From positions 211,730,001-211,794,000 of the forward strand of contig OX597815.1 of NCBI GenBank assembly GCA_951406725.2: a stretch of DNA of 64,000 nucleotides. Direction: 5' to 3'. Source of the stretch: Octopus vulgaris (Eukaryota). The notes beneath the pieces were generated by a model. That model was not told the DNA's origin and ran no database searches. It saw nothing but the letters and a program-made list of their open reading frames with translations. Positions 53,446 through 64,000 of the stretch are shown piece by piece. Made by a program: the position numbers and the translations under genes. Numbering within the stretch: the first letter of the stretch is position 1; each line of letters starts with the position of its first letter.

Positions 53446-53777
53446 GACGAAGAGGTCCGCTCGAAACGTTAAACCCTCCTTCTTTCCTTCTTTCCTGAGC
53501 GTCCAATAATACTATATTTGTTCCACGTCCTCGCGTTGTTGTGTTTTTTTGTGCTTTATATATATATATTTAATCCAAACAAGAAAGCACAAAAAAACAC
53601 AACAACGCGAGGACGTGGAACAAATATAGTATTATTGGACGCTCAGGAAAGAAGGAAAGAAGGAGGGTTTAACGTTTCGAGCGGAGCTCTTCGTCGGAAA
53701 CATAGGAGAAGGAGAGATCCAGAGAAGGGAAGACACAGGGAAAAAAATCGCCAACGGTACACACGCGGTCACATTTT
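53446..53777 (-). mobile_element. Penelope-like terminal cassette, family A, with inverted partial copy and hammerhead-like motif
   Basis: Arms 53446-53557 and 53584-53695 match at 111/112; minus strand GTTT-CCGACGA-A-GAGC-TCC-GCTC-GAAA-CG-TT-AAAC (53667-53701). Confidence 0.7.
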
Positions 53778-55699
53778 GAATATATATATACGTATATATA
53801 TATATACATATATATATACCTAAGCCAATGACTTATAGCATACTATTGCGTGGTGTAATTTGGTAATACTCGTACTGGAAGTGAGCTGAGGCACATATAG
53901 AAAAAGAGTCTTGCGATTAGAATGTCTGTGAAATAAAAAAAAAAAAACAAACAAAAACGAATTGTTTGTTCTTCAAAATACGTTTTGAAATAAACGTTTT
54001 ATTTCAAAGAATACAACATCACAACTCTTGAGTGGAGTTTGAAAGTTATTAATTTGAAATTTGCACCTAATGTAACAAAACTCAAAGTTGTTTTGTTGCT
54101 AAGTTTGAAGTTTAATCTATAGCATAAACTTCCGGTAAAACAAGTTGTTTTCTGTCTCTCCGTCTCTCTCTCTCTTCGTTTCTGTCTCTTTCTTTCTTTC
54201 CGTCTTTCTCTCTCTGTATATCTCTATATCTCTTTCGCTCTGAACCACCTTTGAGATGCAGGATATTTATCATATCAACACATTGGCGTAAACGTCAGGC
54301 TCCGTACGTTATGAAACTGCTTTCAGAGAGTTGAGATTTTGCAAAGATGTATTAATGGATGGAAACAATGTTAGCTTCTTGACAGAAGATATATATTATC
54401 TCATTGTTTTCATTTTAATATGTTTGTATCAAAGCAAAATAGTTTGCACACCTTGCTCTCGAAGCAAATGTGTTATATAAAAAAAAAGAACTTATTACCA
54501 TGTACGAATCAAAACAGGTTATATTAAAAGCCGACTTTAAAAGAAACCGTAGAATATAAAAACACATTTGCATAAAAAAAAATAGTTATAAGATGTTCGT
54601 ATTTAAGTGATTAGAAATTTTACTTACAAATAAATTACGTATACAAATCTGAAAATTCTGTTTTGTTTCTTTCTTAAAATGACTTATATTTCAATTGGCA
54701 CCATTCTGTCTACGCGTCTATCCTTAAAAGGTTAACCGTTGGCACTCCTAACACGATTATGGATGGTGAAAACTAAATAGAAAACATTTCGGACTCGTAA
54801 TTCCTCAGCTTATTAATCAACAAGAACAACAACAACAGCAGCAGTAGCTGCAATTCATATTTAGTACTGAATCCTATACCGAAGAAGGGAACGTACTTTG
54901 GAATGGTACTCTACGCAAAGTAAGTGGTGTTTTTGTTGCTGCTTTATAGCACCAAGTCAACCCTGGTCGAGTAGGTCTAAAATCAAAGATACCTCTTGCT
55001 GAGACCTGATCATGTTTTTGTACATATATCAAGGACAAAACTACCATGTTTAGGACAGTATGGCGTGACATGCAGGCCGAATGACTACAGATATGTTTTC
55101 TCACGAGCTCGTTCAATAAATGTGTATAGAGATCTGCAACAGTGGTGGATGCCATAAAAGTTACATAGGCGCTTCTCAGAAACATATGCTTTCTCTCTGT
55201 AGATCCAATCTTTACTCGGCAAATAGAGCTCATTCATTCGATATCTAAAATAAAACTAATGCTCAGATCAAAGTAGCACGTCTGTGTGTGTGTGTGTGTG
55301 CTTGTGTGTATGTGTGTGTGTATGTGTTTGTGTGTATGCGCCCGCGCGTCGTAAATTCTTAGAAATTTTAAATCTAAGCCATGGGAATAAATGCTAATGA
55401 TCCAAATTAACGTCACCACGAACTTCATAAAGTAAAAAACATGTTACATCCGATTCGGTTTTGCCCAGTGATTTCTCACTATCAGTTTCATTCATATTGC
55501 AACCCATGTGAAAAAATATAATTTAATGAGAGACTATTTCTTAATTATTCAAAGGAAACAGCAAACATTCAACATTTATAAATAAAGTCAACGAAGATAC
55601 AAATGTGGGACGAGTGAGCAACCGGATGCTACATAGATACGGGCTGGATGTCAACCGGAAATGTATCGGATGCTCTATAAATACAAACATTGAACGTTA

Positions 55700-55940
55700 T
55701 CATTGCTGTTGTCGTCGTCGTCATCATCATGTCATCATGATCATCATCATCATCATCATCATCGTCATCATCATCGTCATCATCATCGTCATCATCATCA
55801 TCATCGTCATCGTCGAAGTCGTCCTTTTAATTATCATCGTCGTCATCATCATCATCATCGTCATCGTCATCGTCATCGTCATCATTATCATCATCGTCAT
55901 CGTCATCGTCGTCGTCGTCACCACCACCACCACCAGCACA
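55700..55940. repeat. (CAT)n/(CGT)n trinucleotide tract
   Basis: Direct reading. Confidence 0.95.
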
Positions 55941-56894
55941 GTATTCACTCCAGCACTGAAACTCATTCAGCTTAAAATGTAATGTCTGACATTTCTAATT
56001 TCAATTAGTAAATCCGAGCGGAACCGGAAGAAGCTGCAATAAACAAAACGACTTTGTTCCACTACTCCGTCCACCAGAAGTGAATTTACCGAAAGCATCG
56101 AAATTGGTTTTATGTGGGATAAAAACTACTTTTCTATCAAACGAATTTTATTCGATCACGTGCACGAAATCTTAACCAAATTCAAACGTTTTGGGGGAAG
56201 AAATTCAAGCCGACATGGCATTTTGCTGCAAGATAGCTTAATAGAGACTGTATTAATTCACGATTATTAAATTTTTAGATCGGGATTGATATTCCTTCTT
56301 TTCCTTTAAGGAGAAAAATCATGGCTATCTACTACTTTGGAGCAGTGTTTAGTTGTAGGAACTTACAATCTCATGTAAGTCAGTGACATATCTTAAAGAG
56401 TTCACTCTCAGATTACAAGTTGATTCGAGTTTATATGCAACATATTCTTTGTACTGAAAGTTTTACGCATAAATTATTTGTCACTCCCGGCAAATGATAA
56501 ATAACGTCAAACTAGTTTCCTTGTTGTGAAAAGTACAGCCAAAAAGTAAATTTTCTATTTCTTTTTCAGCTCCTTTGAAGACATTCTCACAGCATTCTTT
56601 AGCTCTTCAGGAAAATGTAAATGCGTCAAACATATTTCAAAATGCATTTGAATGAATTATCTACAGACTTCTGCAAGATCTTGACATTGGAGGTTATTCA
56701 ACTGCAATTAAACGACATACAACACCACAATTATAAGAGGTAAAATTTGGAAAGACCAAACGAAGAAGACGCTTCTTTCAAATCGTTTACCGGGGACTAG
56801 CTGGCTTTTAGCATGTATATTATATATATGGATATATATATATATATATATATATTGATAAAAATGGTAAGACGACAATATATATATATATATA

Positions 56895-57093
56895 TTCTTT
56901 TATTCTTTTGCTTGTTTCAGTCATCTGACTGCGACCATGCAGCCTTAAAGGGGTTTAGTCGAAGAAATCGACCCCAGGACTTATTTTTGTAAGCGTAGTA
57001 CTTATTATATCAAACTCTTTTGCCGAACCGCTAAGTTACGGAGACATAGAATACCAGCATCGGTTGTCAACCGATTGCGGGGTACAACCACAG

Positions 57094-57132
<39 letters not shown>

Positions 57133-57286
57133 CGACGGGCTTCTTCCAGTTTCAGCCTACAAAATCCACTCACAAGGCTTTGGTCAGCCTGATAGTAGAA
57201 GACACTTGTTCAAGGTGCCAAGCAGTGGGATTGAGCCTGGAACCATGTGTTGGAAAACGAGCTTCTTACCACACAGTCAGGCCTAT
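56895..57286 (-). mobile_element. SINE family 2, older copy
   Basis: Homologous to 15958 with small deletions. Confidence 0.88.
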
Positions 57287-57611
57287 GTGAGTATGTGTGT
57301 ATGTAGGTATGCATGTATGTATGTGCATATACACATGCATACACACACACACAGATGCGTACGCATAGGGACAAAGTGGAGAAAATATCACTCGACTGCC
57401 AACTGCAGAGTAAAAAATAGCGCTTTATTAAAGGTAAAAAACTTCATAAATTGTTGCTCAAAGTTTCACGTACCTGATCATCAGACAGAAGTAAAACTTT
57501 GGAACACTTATAATGCATTATATTTTTCCAAAAGTTTATTTCTATCAGATGAACAGTTACGTGAAAGTCTGAGTAACAGTGTGTGTGAAGCATTTCAACC
57601 TTAATAGAACA

Positions 57612-57653
<42 letters not shown>

Positions 57654-57994
57654 TTTTACAAGAAGTACGTCAGTAACTTTAAGGTTTTGGCCTCCTAGCT
57701 TTTGTCGGGCTGCAGTACACCAGGGTTCCTTTTGGTTTTATAAAGTCTCAGGTAAGTTCTTATTTTTCGTTTTAGCTCCACCTACACCGGAAAACAACTT
57801 ACGAGTGACTATATAAATCTAAAAGGGGCCTAAGTGAGCTAGAGTCCGATAAAGGGTAGCACGCAAAAACTTCAAGATTACTATCACCCCTTTTTTTGTT
57901 AAAGTATAATAAATATGTACTCTACGAAAAAGTATTGGGTAATTCTTCAGTTTCATGTTAAATTGTTTTTATTATAATTCGACATAAATACAAA

Positions 57995-58175
<181 letters not shown>

Positions 58176-58345
58176 GAACATTCTAAACCAGTTAGAATTT
58201 CCAACAGATCTTTCCTCTCTTACATTACGGAAAAAAACTTTCCTTCTGTACCTCTGGGCACATTTCCTTATTCTCTGAAATAGAAACACCATAGTAGTAT
58301 TCTATTCCCTCTCATATACATAGCTTGACTTTAATCTTGCATCAG

Positions 58346-58382
<37 letters not shown>

Positions 58383-59885
58383 TATATTCCCTGACGAGAT
58401 GTGTCCATAAATAGTCAGTTCAATTCACAATATTTCTGGTGAAGTGAAAATATAGAGAAGTTTTGGCAGATATATCAAAACATCTCCAGCTGATATGATC
58501 TCAAAATAGTCTATCACTTCAGCAATTTTTGCCTCAGATAGTTACATTATTATATTATAAAAGTATCCCAACTGCAAACAGAATATCTTGTAGAGAGAGT
58601 TGGTTTAACTCTTTTGAACATATACAATCGTACCGAATTGTATGTCTGCATGAATTCAGCAGATAACCGCTTGATATTTGATGAGAGCTGTCAGATATCC
58701 GTTGATTGATGACAAAATATACAAGATCTGGCAATTTTCAAAGAATAATCGATAAGGATCTGGGTTTTTTTTTTTTTGGTTTGTTTGTTTATTCATTGGG
58801 GTCGGGTTCAGGTATTATGTATATGGTTTTGATGTAAAATATAAATAGAAAAGTAATGCTGTGACGTATTGCGTACAACGTCTTTTAAAAATCAAAACTA
58901 ATTCTACGGAATACTTATTGTTTGTACAAGCGATTTGTCCGTTAGTTACAGTATGTGTATTTTGGTGCATTGAGACAGGCAGCTCATTTTTCGTAAGCCT
59001 AAGCTGGAGACTGGAGTGTGTTCGCAGAAACAGGATTCAAGTGCGCCTGCGTGAACATGTGTGCGCGCGTGCATGCTTACTTATGTATGAGCACGCGTTC
59101 ATCTGTACATGTGTGTCTGTATATATATGTATGTGCTCTTGTGTAATACATGCGAGCATTTGGGCGTACGTATATATAACTGCTTCTGAACTGGAAATAG
59201 ACAAAAATTCTGGGAGCTGATTTTTTTTTTTTCTGTAAGAAATTAGTTTTATTTGCAGATAATCTTTGTGTTGTATGTAAGATATGCAGAGTTCAAGCAT
59301 ATAATGAAATATGTCAACATAATTAACACCGCGCCAGCCTTGCAAAGTACACCGTTGTCGCCACCACAGTTAACAGCATGACCAACGTAATTACTAAAGC
59401 AACAAAAGGTGTCAATGGATAGATTAGCCGAAAAATGCTTTTCGACTTTTCTTCTGGGTATTAATATCACCGAAAGATCTGTCTTTTTTTTCACCCTAGT
59501 AAATTGTATGATATCAGTATAACAGCGGTTTCCCTTACATCTTTCGCGTAATCATGACTTTACAAGGATTACTTGGGAAGTTGATATGGTTTTACTTACG
59601 ACATAACATAAATTTCTTAGGGTTGCAACTGTCAGAAAAGTAAACTCAGAGACGGTAAAAGCATAGAAGAGAAAACATTTGAGCAGACGCAGAGATGCAA
59701 ATACTTGGTTCAATACGTCCCAGAAACAAGTTTTGAGTTTGCATTTCATAAATGAAAATTTTATTTGGCTTACTGCTTCTAGTTGAAAGTCAAACATGTT
59801 TTATAATGTTTGAACCAACTATAACTAAATATCAATATGGAGTAGAAAAAAGAAGTGGCAAGCTGGCATGCCTATATATATTTTA

Positions 59886-60162
59886 CTAGCAGTATCGCCC
59901 GGCGTTGTTCGGGTTTGTAAGGGAAATAACTATATAAGCATTTTTAGAGAGTTATAGCCAAAAAATAGCGAAAAAATGCATTAAAATGGAAAAAAATGAT
60001 GGTAAATTTTTTTTTTAATCGTAGACTCATCGTAGACGCGCTCGATATGAATCACGACTATAAGATACCCGGTTTTGGTTAAACTGCACCGCAAAATGTG
60101 GGAGTAGTTAGGAATCTAAATCGTAGGAGACGGCAACACAACTTCTCTTTTATATATAAAGA
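59886..60162 (-). mobile_element. Non-autonomous Helitron
   Basis: Minus strand A|TCTTTATATATAAAAGAG...CCCGAACAACGCCGGG hairpin...CTAG|T: 5' TC, 3' hairpin plus CTAG, A/T target, no TSD. Confidence 0.8.
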
Positions 60163-61271
60163 TTGATGATATTTAATGTACGAGCTTCGTTTAAACGCTT
60201 TTATGCTGCAATATATCGTCCAGTGAAAGTCCCTTTAAGACGTAGGGGTTTCAAAAACACTGTATACCTCAGTATGTCTATGTGAGTGTGTGTGTTTGTC
60301 TCTGCATGCGTCTGTGTGTGTGTGTGTGTGTGTGTGAGTGAGTGTGTGTGTGCACATGCGTACACGTAAAAACGGCAAAAATGGAACGAGTGGAATAACA
60401 GACGGAGAGTTGGGTAATGTGAGAGATTAGAACAGCGAGACAAAAACTTGAAAAGTGATTGACAAAATGAAAAGACGAATTAACATACAAGTCGTCCACA
60501 AAAAATTGTATGCCGAGAAAAGGGGAAAAGAACAGGAATAGACCGACGTTTCGGGTAGAGTCTATATCAAAATAAAGTAGGAAAAAAATAAGCAAGGAAA
60601 GTAACGACACCTGTGCAAAGCATGTGTGTAACTTTTGAATACATGCTGTAAATGTATACGTGTATGTATGTATACATGTGCATATATACACACACACATA
60701 TATATATAAAACTAGGGAGCAAATACAACTGATATTGGCGTCTGGTGAATGGAGAACTTTTGATTATTGTATTGATATGGTTGGTTTATAATTAAAAATG
60801 AAACTCGACATACAGGTAAGTATAGAAAAATTCAGCAGACCGTAACATCTTTTTGGTCTCTGCGGTTAATCAAAATACTCGGTCTTGCGATTATAATAAC
60901 GCATACAAACACACACAGACACACATGATCACACACAGACACACACACATGTATGTGGGTTGTGTGTGTATGTGTGTGTATGTATGTGTATCTGCGCGTA
61001 TGCGTGTGTATATGTGTGTGTGTACCTGTGCATATGCGTGTGTTTGTGCTTGTGTACTTGCGTGTGTTTGTGAGTGTGCGCCCGCGCGCGATCGCAACCC
61101 TCTCAATGAATAAACGCCTAGTTTGCAAACATACGTACACAGACTCACACACGGAGACACTCATTTATACACATAGAAAAACATGCATGCAAACACATAC
61201 ACATATACTCATACTTACATATACACGCACGCATGCACACATACGTATGCATATGTTTATGTATGTATGTA

Positions 61272-61600
61272 ATTATTCAGTTTTATTTCAAGATCCGTTG
61301 CCAATTGAGAGAGAGCTGATTTCTAACCTAGATCCAAAGCTCCTTCATTGGAATTTCAACAACATCAGCAGAGTATTTTTGCATATAGGTATGTATATAT
61401 ACAGTATTTGGAGTCAGAGTACGCGCTGATTTGTATGTTTTAGTTTATGGATTCTCATACATATAGTTGCATATCTTGTCAGATATGTATGTATGTCATT
61501 ATTCAGTTTATTTCAAGATTTCTTGCTAATAGAGAAAGAACCGGTTTCTAACCTACATCCAAGGCTCCGTCATTGGAATTTCGACATCAACAACAGGGTA
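61272..61600 (-). repeat. Two diverged copies of a ~103-bp element next to (CATA)n
   Basis: ATTATTCAGTTT(T)ATTTCAAGAT...TTTCTAACCTA(G/C)ATCCAA...CATTGGAATTTC at 61272-61376 and 61498-61600. Confidence 0.8.
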
Positions 61601-61779
61601 TGTATGTATGTATGTATGTATGTATGTATGTATGTATGTATGTATGTATGTATGTGTGTATGTATGTATGTATGTATGTATGTATGTATGTATGTATGTA
61701 TGTATGTATGTATGTATGTATGTATGTATGTATGTATTTATGTATGTATGTGTAGATTTGCATGTTTTACGAATGTATT

Positions 61780-61990
61780 CTCAAGCTGTCTCCTTGAAAT
61801 ATGCCTTCGTGATACTGTATTCTTTGTGTTTAATTTCAAGATGGTGGCCCACGATGACGTCAGGTCAGCTATAGCTTTGACTATTGTCACTGGAACTTTA
61901 GCAAGTTGAAGGGCTTCTAGCATCCATGAGTGGAGAACAGAGTCAAAGGCTGTCTTGTAGTCCAACCACATTGAAACTAGGTTCCTCCTA
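61780..61990 (-). mobile_element. R4/Dong-like non-LTR RT fragment
   Basis: NLVSMWLDYKTAFDSVLHSWMLEALQLAKVP..IVKAI..L.SSWAT (WIDYKKAYDSVPHSW-type motif). Confidence 0.7.
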
Positions 61991-61994
61991 TGTT

Positions 61995-62210
61995 CTCGCA
62001 CCTCTGGCAGAGTTAACTTTTGCCGTAGAAAATAGAGTAAAGCAGGGAGACCTTGATTCACCCACCCTCTTTGCAATATACTTTGCAGTTGTGTTGTCCC
62101 ATGCTTTTCAAAACCCCGAGGAGGGTATTTACATAAAATATCGAACAACAGGGAATGTTTTTTATTTGACAAGACTGAAATTCAAAACGAAGGTTTTTAC
62201 TTTACTCAAT
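61995..62210 (+). mobile_element. RTE/BovB-like RT fragment
   Basis: FAVENRVKQGDLDSPTLFAIYFAVVLSHAF...GIYIKYRTTGNVFYLTRLKFKTKV. Confidence 0.78.
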
Positions 62211-62862
62211 TCGCTGCCGATTGCGATTTTGTCAGTCATTCTGAAAAAATTTCGGGCCTTGTGCCTAGAATAGAAAAGAAAATGTCATTTGCTCAAAATA
62301 CTTCCGGAACATGGAGTTGAACACACATTCTGGTTGCGAAAGATATCTAGTTGGGTACGTTTTGATCACAAAATTTGTTGACTAATCCGTGAAGGATGCT
62401 GGTTGTCGAATGAATGTTATTGGGAGGATTAGAGACGTCTTTTGTCTTATACTCCATCATCAACATCTGATTTAATACCCTTGTAATTATCAACAAATGG
62501 ATCTAGTCTGATCTTCAATCCATGTAAACAAGAGCTATTCCATTTTAAGTATTGCATTAGATCTATCAGAAAATAAGGTCCGGTCAGTTAATGGGATTTC
62601 TCCTTGAGCTTTCGATTTAATTCTCTTTCTCTTATCACATATTGTTCACACTGTACAAGTTGCAAACTTAAATGATTTGGTAAAATGACTGACTTTTTTC
62701 TCCCGCATCCAACCCTTTTAAGACATCAAGTTTGATATCCATTTATCCCTCAACAGTTCCTTTCCGCACCGCCGCCTTCAGTTCCACTTCATGCTTTCTT
62801 TCCAAATATCTTGAACCGTAAGTAAATCCATCATCGCATACACAAAACACTTGCATACATGC

Positions 62863-62896
<34 letters not shown>

Positions 62897-63507
62897 ATGT
62901 ATGTGCGGATGGATAGATGGATGGATGGATGGATGGATAGATGGATGGATAGATGGATGGATGGATGGAAGGATGGGTGGATGCACGCATGCATATATAT
63001 ATATGTTTTGTAATTACAGTTTTTCAAATTGTTAACTATATTGGTGTAATATAAAACGCTGAGAAGCGGGGTTTTGTCAAAGAACCCGCTTCAAGCTCTT
63101 AAAATTTGTGCGGGTTTCCGTTTCCCGAAATTACTAGTCTTAATTCACAATCACCTTAAGAGAGAAATCCCGAAACCTGAAGCAGTTGCAACGCGTGGGA
63201 CGATTGTATACACACTGGTACCAACGCCATCATACACACACAACCATACATACATAACCATACATACATAAACATACATACATAAACATACGCGTTTATA
63301 CACGTGTTTTTGCTGGAATCTAACACAAAATCTCTAAATATATATGTTTAGGATTTTGAGATCTAAAAAGTAAAGAAGTGAGACTTATACACGTATTCAT
63401 ACACCAGATATGTTTATGGGTGTATGTGTGTATGGCATTGTGTGTGCGTGTATGTGCCTGTATGCATGTGTGTAAAATGTAGCGCGTCTGGTTGTGTGAT
63501 CATGTTT

Positions 63508-64000
63508 TATGTATGAATGTATGTATGTATGTACGTATGTATGTACATATGTATGTATGTATGTACGTATGTATGTACGTATGTACGTATGTACGTATGT
63601 ATGTATGTATGTATGTATGTATGTATGTATGTATGTATGTATGTATTTATGTATGTACGTATGCATGTACGTATGTATGTATTTATGTACGTATGTATGT
63701 ACATATGCATGTATGTATGTACGTATGTATGTATGTATTTATGTACGTATGTATGTATGTACGTATGTATGTACGTATGTATGTATGTACGTATGTATGT
63801 ACGTATGTATGTATGTATGTATGTATGTACGTATGTACGTATGTACGTATGTATGTACGTACGTATGTATGTACGTACGTATGTATGTATGTATGTATGT
63901 ATGTATGTGTGTGTATGTATGTATGTATGTATGTATGTGTGTATGTATGCATGTATGTATGTATGTGTGTATGTATGTATGTATGTATGTGTGTATGTAT
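63508..64000. repeat. (TATG)n/(TACG)n microsatellite
   Basis: Direct reading; runs off the window end. Confidence 0.97.

Noticed and set aside
55605-55982. His-rich and Ile/Val-rich ORFs
   Set aside because: (CAT)n repeat translations
56570-57757. Plus-strand acceptor (TTTTTCAG at ~56569) and donor (CAG|GTAAGT at ~57751)
   Set aside because: Stops in all frames after the acceptor and no coherent exon chain
57840-57890. GAGTCCGATAAAGGGTAGCACGCAAAAAC, a possible relic hammerhead in a TA-flanked cassette
   Set aside because: Too many core and helix mismatches to support
60535-60575. Minus-strand CCCGAAACGTC plus pyrimidine tract, similar to family A
   Set aside because: CUGANGA box and helix II are not recognisable

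Overview
AT-rich eukaryotic DNA dominated by repeats, with no host protein-coding gene that I can support. It is probably intronic or intergenic. The SINE families and dense (TA)n/(CATA)n/(GATA)n/(GT)n microsatellites resemble, from memory and unverified, an Octopus genome. Almost all long ORFs in the track are microsatellite artefacts. The one long intact ORF is the RT half of a young, 5'-truncated CR1-group LINE (50419-52029, minus). The window also holds three tRNA-derived SINE families, fragments of RTE, HERO-like, R4-like, Gypsy, pogo, maT, Tc1 and mariner elements, a Merlin-like MITE and a small Helitron. Four signals stand out. (1) Several unrelated short cassettes embedded in (TA)n tracts each carry a minimal type I hammerhead-ribozyme motif with a palindromic helix III, like those of Penelope elements and retrozymes; one has a fully canonical core (20039-20100) and three are stacked within 1.4 kb. 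(2) A 3' stem-loop with compensatory changes is shared by two CR1-type LINE copies and one SINE family, suggesting a SINE-LINE partnership. (3) Three fold-back inverted duplications are each centred on a (TA)n tract. (4) There is a locally templated insertion and a palindrome-bounded tandem duplication.
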